Below the pieces are notes generated by a model. The model did not search any database, was not told where the DNA came from, and saw only the letters and a program-made list of their open reading frames with translations. The position numbers and the translations under genes are program-made. From Cyanophora paradoxa CCMP329 (Eukaryota > Plantae > Glaucophyta), in contig QPMI01000595.1 in assembly GCA_004431415.1 (NCBI GenBank), positions 4,302-68,301 on the forward strand: a DNA stretch of 64,000 bases. Reading direction: 5' to 3'. Of the stretch, positions 53,882 to 64,000 are shown one piece after another. Position 1 is the stretch's first letter, and each line of letters begins with the position of its first letter.

Positions 53882-56627
53882 TTCACGAAAGACGACTTCA
53901 CGCTAATCTCGACGGGCGGCGCCGACCTGTGCGTGATGCAGTGGAAGCACACATGGACGGGTATGCCACGGGACGAGGAGGAGGAGGACACAGAGATGCG
54001 CGTCAACTACAACACGGAGATGCAGAGCGGTGCCGACGACTTTGCAATTGGCATCGATGAGGGCAAGGACGAGCAGTTCGGCGCCGTCAAGCCGTGGGTC
54101 GGCACCATCAACGCCCTTGTACCGGATAGCTTCATGCCCGACCCGAAGCTGAAGCAGCCGCCGACCGACGAGCTGACGCTCGAATTTGTGCACGGGTACC
54201 GCGCACACGACGCCCGCCACAACCTCTTCTATCTCGGCCCGAAGGACGACGGGAACGCGAGCGAGATCGTGTACCACGCCGCGGCACTCGGCATCGTGTA
54301 TGACAAGGGAACGCACACGCAGAAGTTCTTCCAGGGGCACGACAACAACATTCTCTCGCTGGCCCTGCACCCCGACGGCCACACAATCGCGACGGGCCAG
54401 GTCGGCAGGAAGGCGCCAATCAACATCTGGGACGCGCGGATCCCCGAGAAGCCGATCGCGACGCTCCAGGGCCACCAGCGGGGCGTGCCGTGCCTCTCCT
54501 TCAGTCGCGACGGGGCTCATCTCGTGTCGGTCGGCCTGGACGACAACCACATGGTCATCGTGTGGGACTGGAAGGCCAAGAAGAAGCTGGGCGAGAACAA
54601 GGGCGGGCCCGACCGCGTCTTCAACGTCGACTGCAGCCCGCACGCCGACGGCGAGTTCATCACGACTGGCGCCAAGCACATCAAGTTCTGGAGCGGAGGG
54701 CCCGCCAGGCCTGCCGGCAAGCTCGGCTCGGTCAAGGGCAAGGGCATGACCGACCAGAAGGCCTACCACGCCGTCGCCTGGCTTGACGCCTGTGCGCCGA
54801 TCCCTCTCGCCTGCCGTGCGCGCGCCCTGACTGACCGATCGTGACCGCCCACGGCCGTCCATGCGCCGCAGCGACGGTGGTGGCGGGCACGACGGACGGC
54901 GCGCTGTACAAGTTCGTGGGCGGCACGGCCACAGAGGCGATCCCCGCGCACGAGGGCCCCGTCTTCGCCCTGCACGTCACGCCCGATGGCTCCAAGGTCT
55001 GATTTCCGTGAATTTCGGCCGCCGCGTTTAGCTTCAATCGCTGAAAAAAGGGCGCGCAGCTGCTCTCGGGTGGCAAGGACGGCGCGATCTGCGTCTTCGC
55101 AACGCAGGACCTGGGCTCGGGCTCGACCCCTGCGAAGCGCATCGACCTGAACAAGCAGCTCTCGTCCGACCCGACGGCCTCCGTCACGGCGCTGGCCCCC
55201 GCACTGCGGGCACTCAGCGTGAAGGGCAACAAGTGCTTGGCGGGCCTCATGAGCTCGACAATCGTCGAGGTGGACATCCGCTCGGGCTCCGTCTCGACGC
55301 TTCTCGCGGCGCACGGCGCCTCAGGTACCCGCATGGGTAAGGCCGCCGACTACCAGGGCGAGATCTGGGGCCTTGGCATCGTGCGCCCGCCTTTCCCTCC
55401 CGGCCCACTCCTGTCCCGTCCGCATCAGACAGGCCTCCGGATCCGCCGGCGCCGCGCAGCACCCGAGCAAGAACGAATACGTCACGTGCTCGGACGATTG
55501 CCTGCTCCGGTTCTGGGACGTGGCGAGCCGCAAGTGCACCAAGGCGATAAGGCTAGAGGCGCCAGGCCGCTCGGCGTGCTTCTCGCCGGACGGCGCCCAC
55601 GTTGCCGTCGGGCTTTACACGGGCGATCTGGAGGTCTTCGACGCGCGGCGGGGCGAGCGGATTTGCAAGCGGCCGACGGGCGCCGGCAAGATCGCCAAGG
55701 AGGAGCTGGGCGAGCTAAAATACAGCCCGGACGGCAAGTACCTTGCCGTCGGCTCGAGTGACAACGGCATCTACGTCTTCTCCGTCGTCAAGGACTACAA
55801 GCTCGCCGGGCGCTGCAAGGGCCACTCGTCGTACGTGCGGCACCTCGACTGGAATGAGGGCAGCACGGCCATCCAGAGCGACTGCGGCGCCTACGAGCTG
55901 CTCTTCTGGTCCATCCCTCCTGCAAGCAGAACTCGAAAGCCAGTTCCTTCAAGAACGAGAAGTGGGCCACGCAATCCTGCGTCATCGGCTGGCCCGTCCA
56001 GGGTGCGCCACGCCGCATCTCCCGTCCCCCTCCTCCCCCCCCCCCCCCCCCCCCCCCCCCCTTCGAATCCCCCCCTAGGCCTCCCTCCCCCCTTCCCCCC
56101 GAGAAGTCCGAGCTCACCCGAAGCCGTATGCAGGCGTCTTCGAGCCCGGGATGGACGGGCTCGACGTCAAGTCCGTTGACCGCTCGAACAACGGGAAGCT
56201 GCTCGCCATCGGCACCAACTTCCGCTATGTGGCTCTGGCGCAGTACCCCTGCCTCACCGACGACGTGCGCCCGTTCAGACGCGCTCGCCTCGGAGTCAAC
56301 GGCGCTGATGGCGCCTCACAGAGCCAGCGGAAAAAGTACAAGGGCCACTCGGAACACGTGACGAACGTGCGCTGGACGCCGCGGGACGATTACCTCATCT
56401 CGACCGGCGGCGCCGACCTCTGCGTCATGCAGTGGAGTCGGCTAAAGGGTGACCGCACCTCTTCGCAATTGGATGCCGAGTCTCAGCGGGCTACTTCGCA
56501 AATCGGTTTTTCCGGATCCGGACCCGGTACCGGTGCTGCAAATCGGGTCTTAAGCTTTGAAAGTGAGCTCCAGCCCATTCAGTCTTTCTCAAAGGCCGCA
56601 TTTGAATTCGACGGCCCGCAGCCATAG
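53882..56627 (+). CDS. Host gene, 3' part: end of WD40 block 1 and second HELP/WD40 (EML-like) block
   Basis: Splice AAG|GT (25173/25174) to CAG|TTC (53881/53882) gives GHSEHVTNVK-FTKDDFTLISTGGADLCVMQW, matching the paralogous GHSEHVTNVRWTPRDDYLISTGGADLCVMQW; second LTLEFVHGYR HELP motif. Confidence 0.9.
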
Positions 56628-56654
56628 ACGACAGCTGGATCTCCACTGAGGCAG

Positions 56655-58350
56655 GCTGAGCCTGGCGAACGAGGGGCGGACGGAGTGGCCAACGGCGAAG
56701 ATCGCGGCGGCGGGCCCCGAGAACATTAGAGTGCTCGACCTCAGCAGAAACCAGCTCACGAGCATCCCGGGGGCGGAGCTCGCCAAGCTGACGAACCTGG
56801 AGGTGCTGCGGTTGGACAACAACAAGTTGACGGCGCTGCCGCCCGAGATCGGCCGCCTCGCGACGTTGAAGGAGCTGTACGTGCGCGACAACCAGCTGAC
56901 GGTGCTGCCGCGGAGATCGGCCGCCTCGCCGCCCTGGAGGCGCTGAGCGTGATCGACAACAAGCTGGCGGCGCTGCCGCCGGAGATCGGCCGCCTCGCCG
57001 CCCTGAAGGAGCTGGGCGTGAGCGGCAACCAGCTGACAGCGCTGCCGCCGGAGATTGGCTGCCTCGCGGCATTGAAGAAGCTGGACGTGGGCGGCAATCA
57101 GCTTACAGCGCTGCCACCGGAGATAGGGCAACTGACGAATCTGCAGGAGATGGATGTGAGCAGTAACCAGCTGACGACGCTGCCGCGGAGGCTGGGCGCC
57201 TCGCCGCCCTGCAGTGGCTGAACGTGGGCAGCAACCAGCTAGAACAGTTGCCGTCGGGAATATGGGAGCTCGCACAACTGCAAAGCTGTACGCGAACGGC
57301 AACCAACTGAAGGCGCTGCCACCGGAGATTGGGCGCCTGAAGCGTTTGCAACAGCTGTGCGTGGATTTCAACCAGCTGAACGCGTTGCCGCCGGAGATCG
57401 GGCACCTCGCGGCCCTGCGGGAGTTGAGCGTGAGCAACAATGAGCTAATAACGCTGCCTCCGGAGATGGGGCGCCTCGAGAACCTGGAGCAGCTGTATCT
57501 GAAGGCCAACCCCCTCACGGCCATGCCCCAGCACACTCGGGAATCTGGGCCCTCCGCCCTCGCGCACCTTCGCGCCCTCGCCCTCGCTGTTGACGTCGCG
57601 CCGAGCTCGAGCTCTTCTGCACCTCAGCACCCTATCCCGCAACAGACATCTGCAAACGAAAAGGAGTGGGACTGCTTTGTGAGGTGCGCGGCTGCCAGTT
57701 CTTTCGAATTCCCAAAAGTTACTCGCAATCGTGCCCTGACACGTACCTGTACATATATATGAATGTACATGTACATTACAGTTACGCTCACGTTGATTCG
57801 GAGCGCGTGATGCGCTTTGTTGATCGTATTTCCAAAGAAGGCTTTTCCGTCTGGTGCGTAGCCCATGGCCAATATTAATTGCAATATCTGTATATAGACG
57901 TTAACAGTTTCCTGACTATCGCATAGGACCGATCTGATGCTTCTACCGGGACGCAACTGGGCCAAAGTACGATCTGCCCTCGCGATCGCTCCTACGAATT
58001 TTATCCATCCCTCACGATCACACGTTTGCCGCCAGGACATTGCCATTGCAATTGCTCGGAGCCGCACCTTCCTCCTATTCATCTCTCCCGCGTACCTCGC
58101 ATCCGTGAATTGTATGGACGAGCTCGAGGTAAATCATTGCTCTTCGAATTCCAAATCTATATATATATATAGTTTGGATCATTCCAATCATTGCAAAGTT
58201 TGGATATATATATGCATATGCATGCACCTCTCTTCGAATTCTGACGCGCATGCACGTGCAGTACGCGCACCAAGTTGTTCGTCCTCGCCCTGCAAAATAC
58301 CCATCTGGCTCTGCCCGGAAAAATCCGTGAAGGTTGAAGAAGACATGAGC
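56655..58350 (+). CDS. Host LRR repeats followed by a spliced TIR (TIR_2-like) domain; frameshifts in the LRR part; end approximate
   Basis: About 11 LPPEIGRL..L..L.V..NQL repeats; GT-AG splicing (57684-57781, 57854-57926, 57967-58035) yields WDCFVSYAHVDSERV...GFSVWTD...PGRNWAKDIAIAIARSRTFLLFISPAYLASVNCMDELE. Confidence 0.82.
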
Positions 58351-59567
58351 ATGTACGTATTTGTATATATATAAAATATAATATACACATGATCTCTACC
58401 TTAATATAAATGTTGCCACCATCTGATCGATATCGCGATCGACATTCGCAGGATGCTGGTTCGAGCCAACTGGGCGCGTCCCTTCTTCTTCACCCCAGCT
58501 ATAAAAATCTCCTCCTGTCTTCTCGCTGACTGCGCCTCTTCTATAATCGCAGGTGACACAGCAGGTTGAGCAGAGGCGATTGACTTCCTCATCCGCGGTC
58601 TCCGGAAGAACCTCCGTGGCTTGTAACATGAAGGCTTACGACTCGCGATCACAAGGCTTTCACTCTCGTAGTTCTCCCGGGTCCCGTTTTCGCTCTCGTG
58701 GTTCTCCCGTTTTGTTTGAGTTTCTGAGCTAGTGGGGAATCAATGAATTCGAAGATTGGCGAACCCCACGGGCCCTTGAAAAGGTGACTAGAACCTCTTC
58801 GGATCAAGGCTCCTGAACTATCCCAGAGACCCACAATGAAATAACAAAGCACCAACCTCGGGCTTCCAAGAGCAGCGAACTGCCCGTCCAGTTATGGCCG
58901 TGCTTCCCAACCAAGCCAGGGAAGTCGGCCGCAAAGGGCGGAGTCTTGTTATTGACAGAAGATCCCTTGGAGTCTGACATTTTGAGCCTAAAAACGCGGG
59001 TTTTGATCAGCACCAAGATTCACAAGAATCAGGGGAAGGGATCGTAGGAATCAGACTCAGGGCACCAGATGACGTGAAGTGCCTCAGGTGGTGAACGCGT
59101 CGACACCGAGCTCGCTGCAGCTTTGCAGCGATCCGGTGCGCTCCTTAAAGTGAGCCGAGCTGCGAAATCTGCCGGTTTAAGATTTGGCCCAATCATCCGA
59201 CCGGGGTACACCCTTCAATTACCCGTCGCCCGAAAAAGACGTCCGGCGACCAATCACCACGCTGGGTTTCAGCAATGGTCACGCACTGATTCCGATCCTA
59301 GTGAGGCTGCAGCTGCAGCTGCAGCTGCGACCGGCAGCTGCTGCAGAGGCTGCCACGTGCAAGACCTGGCACTGCGGTCAGCCGCCGCAGTGCGCGTAGA
59401 CCGGCGCTGCCCGGTAGTACTCGACGACTACCTGCTGGCCATGTAGCTCGATGCTGATAGATACGCCGTTACCCTCGATGCCGTTATCAATCTCGAGACT
59501 CGAGGATCGGAGTCTGCACCAGCTTCAAGCCGACTCGAGCTTATCAGGCTCGTAAAGATAATTGCGT

Positions 59568-59635
59568 CTATTTGTTTTTTTTGGTGAATTACGGCCACAG
59601 TCTCTAGACACCAGCACTGCGGGGGCTGCCCAGTC
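59568..59635 (-). repeat. Inverted copy of the 17931-17992 repeat
   Basis: TTTTTTTGGTGAATTACGGCCACAG...CCAGCACTGCGGGGG. Confidence 0.75.
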
Positions 59636-60599
59636 TAGCTTCTTGAGCTAGTTAGCTATATTAGTGCACGCATAGTATTCCGATTCTCTGTGCCACGTTG
59701 TGGCCTACCCATACCGTTGCTGCCTGGCTTAAACCCTAGGCTAGCCTACGCGGTAGTACTGCGTGCAACGCCAAACCTTCGAAAGCTTCACACCTCGATT
59801 ATTCCGTACGTGAGGCTTGATAACTGAAATATTAATATTCAGTCGAAAAAGCAATCCGGGTACGGCCATACGGCTTAACACCCTTCAATTTCATTTATCT
59901 ACGCCTTCGCGCGCCATTTGTGGCTAGACGTCGACGTTGACCATTACCATTTCTTTGCATGATCGCTGAATCGCTCTACGGTCTTTAAATTTCATATAAT
60001 AGCCACGTTCTCTCTAGATCTGAACTCAAACTCTACGAGAGCGGTCTGATCATGACCTGCCTTGGCCTCGGGGGCCGAAACCGGACCAGAGTGCAGAAGC
60101 GTACGCAACACGAGCTTCTGCCTCGCATAACGTCACCTTGCGACCGCTACTCCCGGGGCCCGGGGGGAAGACGAGGAGCAGGGGAGAGGAGGAGGAGGGG
60201 GGCCCCGCGGCCCGCCCTTCAACGCTCTCCCTACCCCCCCGCCCCTCCCCCACCCGTTACTCCGAGCCTCTTCCCCGTTCTTTTCAGGTACCCGATCGCG
60301 AGGAGGTGTCTCGTCGGTGGGTCCCGCTCCGGATCCGCCGCCGCCCCGGCCGGGGTGGTGGCGGCTCTGGAGTCGGCCCTGTCCCCGCAGACCCCGGGGC
60401 CCCTCCGAGGTCCGTTTCCCCCGCTTCGTCGCGTTTCCCGCTTTTTTAGAGCTGTCTACCAATCCGAACAGCCGGCGAAGTCGCCCAAGACCCCGGCGCT
60501 GCTTCCGAGGTCGAACCCGCGCTCCTACCCCCTCCGCGTCCTTTCGTCCGCTTGACGTCACGCTCGCTTCAGGCCTCGCGGGCGCCGCGTCCCTGCGCA

Positions 60600-62700
60600 C
60601 GCCCCGCCCGCCCCAGGTCCGCCGCCCTTCCCCCTATCCCTCCGTCCCCGAGTGATTTTCGGCGCAGGAAGCTGTTCCCGACGCCGGCCGGCGGCGGCCG
60701 GCGCGCGGCCCGCGCCGGCCGCCCGTGCGTTCGACGAGAGCCAGGACGAGTCCATACAGGTCATCTATTTTAAGACCAGATCGAATCTTATCGGGAGAGC
60801 TGAGGGGGCTTCTTTTCGCCGCAGGAGTCGATGGAGTCTCTGCGGCCGAGCCGCCGTCCGCACCTCCGCAGGCCCCTCCCGCCAGGAGCTCGCCGAGCGC
60901 GTCGCCGCGGTACCCCTTCCTCTCTGATTTTGGAGCACGGTCTGAGGGGTACGCGCGCTTTCGTTCGGCAGGCGCTGGAGGCGCAGCTCCTCCGCGAGAC
61001 CGCCACGGTACCCGGGCCGAATGGGGGGGAGGAAAGGGGGTAGACTCTGACTTTCGGCGCAGTCATGTACGTGAAGGTCTGCGAGGTGCACCACCGGAGG
61101 CCGTACCCATTTTTGCAGTCGCCGCCACGCCGGTTCGAATCCCTCCGGTACGACAAAAAGGCGTGGGGATCTCATTTCTCGTACCCCGCAGGGTCTTCGG
61201 GCCCTCTCCCTGGCGATGCCCCTTCTTCCCCCGCCTCTTCCGTCGCTCCTCCCTCGCTTCCCCCCCGCGCGGCGCCCCGCCCTCGGCGCCCACCCGGAGC
61301 CCCTCCCCGCCCTCGGCGTCCCCGAGCCCGCGCACCGTCCCGGGCCGGGCGGAGGCGAAAGAAGGGGCGACGCCGTCCGCCCCCGCGCTGCCCTCGCTCC
61401 CCGGGCAGAAGCCCAAGCCCCAGTCCGCGCCGGTATCCCCCGGCATGCCCCAGTCCTCCCTCCTCCGCTCCGCCGTCCGAACCGACTCCGAACACGCGTC
61501 CGCCTTCCTCCGAAACGTGCGCTCGTCGTACCCCTCGCCGGCCCCATTTCTTCTTCCCCCGGCCCCGCTCAACCCGCGCGCCGCAGCTGCTGGCCTCTCC
61601 CGCGCCGGCGGCGGCCGGCGGGGGTACGGTGGCGTCGCGCCTGCGGCAGGCGCTGGAGAGGGGTCTACCCCCCGCGGCCGAGAGCCTGGCGGCGTTCCTG
61701 TCGGACGGCGCGTTCGACGCGGCGCAGCGGCAGACGGCGCGGGAGGAGGAGGGCGGGCCGGGGCGGACGCCGCCGCGCAGCGCGCCGCCGACCGCCTTCT
61801 CTACGACGCCGCCCGCGCTGCCGTCCTCGAGATGCTGGGCGGCAAGGCCGCCGGGCCCCTCCCCTGGGGCCCCGCATCCCTCCCCCCCGCCGCCGGGCGC
61901 GGCCGGGGCCGCACGGCCTCGCTCCCGCCCCTCCCCCGCCAAGCCAGACCGCCCTCGCCGCCCTCGCCGGCCCCCGCAGCGCCGCCCCCGCCGCCACCCT
62001 CCGCGCCTCCGCGTACCGGTACCCCCCGTCCCCATCTCCCTCCACCTCCCATCGCCGAGTACCCCCGCAGGCCGCCGCCGGGCGCGAAGGACGCGGACGT
62101 GTCGGCCGAGCTCCAGCGGCGCGTGGCTGCGCTGCTCGACGGGGCGCCGGCGCCGGCGCCGGCGCCGGCCGCCGCAGCTTCGGCCGCCCGGGCGCCCCCA
62201 TACCCCTCGCGAGCGAGGGCCCCGCCTTCGGCGCAGCCGTCGACGTCGACGCCGCCATCCGCGAGGTCAGATCAGATCCGACCCGATCTGATCTAATCTG
62301 ATCTGATCTGACCTGATCTGAGCACAGGACGCGGCGGACGAGGAGGAGTGGGAAGACACGGCGCTGGACGCGGCCGCCGTGCAGGTCCGGGCCCCACCCC
62401 AGGCCACGCGCTCTAGATCTAGATTGAGCGCAGCCGCGAGCGCCGAGAAGCTAGAGCCTTTCATGCTCTTCGATGCGAACCGCTCCTAGATCATGCACTA
62501 TAGCTAGTACTAGCAAGCCTTTCTAACTCTAGCGGCCTTTCCTGCCCGGCCGGGGTGCCGCTCGAGCGTTCTAGCTATAGTTTACATTTAGCCGAGCGCT
62601 GACGCGGCGCGGGCCGGGGCAGGCGGACTCGGGAGGTGGCGGAAGCGGTGCTGGAGGCGGTGGCGGACCTATCACCGAAAACCATGGCTCCCCCACTCAG
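60600..62700 (+). CDS. Host multi-exon proline-rich gene, possibly with C-terminal DUF4378-like domain; boundaries approximate
   Basis: GC-rich exons with GT/GC-AG-like junctions; fragments DRLLYDAARAAVLEML...ELQRRVAALL...AAIRE/DAADEEEWED resemble DUF4378. Confidence 0.35.
62268..62320. repeat. (ATCTG)n-like microsatellite, probably intronic
   Basis: Degenerate GATCT/ATCTG pentamer run between a GT and a CAG. Confidence 0.75.
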
Positions 62701-64000
62701 GCGAACCTCCCATATTGAGCGACCCATGGCCGGCACCTAGCTAGCACCTTCGGCTAGATAGATGACCGGTCGGAAGGGCGCGTCACGTAGAACATTGATA
62801 CATGTGCCGTGGTTGTATCAATGCGACGTCCACTTTTGCAAAAAAAAGGCGGCGGTGGCGGACACGGCGCGGGCGCTCGCCGCGCTCGCCGCCCGCCGCC
62901 GCGCCCGCCGCGCCATCGGCCGCGCCCGGCCGGCAGCTGCAGGTAGCTAGATCGGCGGCCAAGCGGGCGCGCTCGGCGCGGGGTTGGCGCCACTCGCCGC
63001 CCGCCGCCGCGCCCGCCGATCTATCGGCCGCGGCCGCCCCGGCAAGTAAGGTAGCTGCAGCTGGATGCAATTGCTGTGCGCGCGGGTACAATGAAATTCA
63101 CACGGATGGGGAGGTACCAGTGTGCTGAAGCCTCCAAGCTTGCGGAGCGGACCGAGCGCCGAGCGGTACCGGACCACCGGGACCAGTACTACCGCCAGTC
63201 TCAGGCTACCGGTAACGTACGCGTTATACCGAACTTATACGTTAACTTCGCGGTAAGTCGGCGGTAACCGGTTGAACTGGGGACGAAGCGGCCAGAATGG
63301 AACGAAGCTTGGATGGATCGATATTTTGATTGTCTCGGAATTTGGGAGTCGGAAATAATTTAACACACTGACAGAAGAATTGTCACGGACTCACCGCGAG
63401 TGACCCCCAGTGGCCCCACTGAGTCGGCAGTGACTCGGAGAGAGTCGGCACTGACCCGATCGCGAGTACTACCGGTACCGTAGTCACGCCGCACGCGGGC
63501 GGCGCGCGCGGCCGCCGGCGGGCCCGGCCGGCGGGCGGACGTCACTGGATGAGTTTTCATCACATTCAGGATGATTCAGCACATTCATGAGTTGACTGGC
63601 ACAGTCACTGATCAATGATCATGAGTCTGGCAGTGAGCTGCGGAGCCTGCGGAGTCAGTGCGGACCTGCTCGGTTGCTGGTACCGGGTAGGCTATAGCTA
63701 GTAGTAGCTTCCATTGGAGCTTGGAAAATAACTGCCAGTTAAAGCTATATATATACATTAATATTTAGATTATATATTGAATTCGAATTCGAACAAAGGC
63801 AATTAATTAAATTCCGTCGACGTCGACGTCGACGTCGGTCCGCCGCCGAACTTCGGAACCGCCGACCGTCCGACGGTCGGACTCGCGGGACGGCGGGCCG
63901 GGGCGCCGCGGCCGCCGCCGGCGCCGGCCGGCGCCGCGCCGGCCCGGCGGCCCGCCGGCCCGGGGGCCGGCGCCAGCGCCAGAGTCGGCCGGACGCAACT

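Noticed and set aside
63365-63670. Scattered GAGTC/CAGTGAC words suggesting transposon subterminal repeats
   Set aside because: Too degenerate to define a unit, TIR or TSD within the window.

Overview
GC-rich, intron-dense eukaryotic (probably protist) DNA carrying three endogenous Polinton/Maverick-like DNA viruses. Element B (25214-53837, 28,624 bp) is complete, with 880-bp TIRs, ACACAT...ATGTGT termini and a 6-bp TSD (CCCGCC). It encodes pPolB, rve integrase, primase-SF3 helicase, packaging ATPase, major capsid protein, two penton-like proteins, a patatin-discoidin phospholipase, a 2451-aa phage-like fibre, two short fibres and a SAM decarboxylase-family enzyme. It sits in what was a 78-nt intron of a host calpain-like/EML(HELP-WD40) gene, which is followed by, and may be fused to, an LRR-TIR coding region. 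Element A (1 to probably 16112) is the right part of a related virus with rearranged gene order and a larger fibre array. It appears to be inserted into the remnant of a third virus (penton-like gene at 16239-17117). The most notable features are terminal fold-back hairpins with tandem G.A mismatches, iteron-like origins, a pPolB with degenerate proofreading motifs, an array of fibres with a shared anchor and variable heads, and a stand-alone polyamine-pathway decarboxylase. Many genes, host genes included, carry 1-nt frameshifts that may be long-read errors. All protein assignments come from motif recognition by eye; no database search was run.
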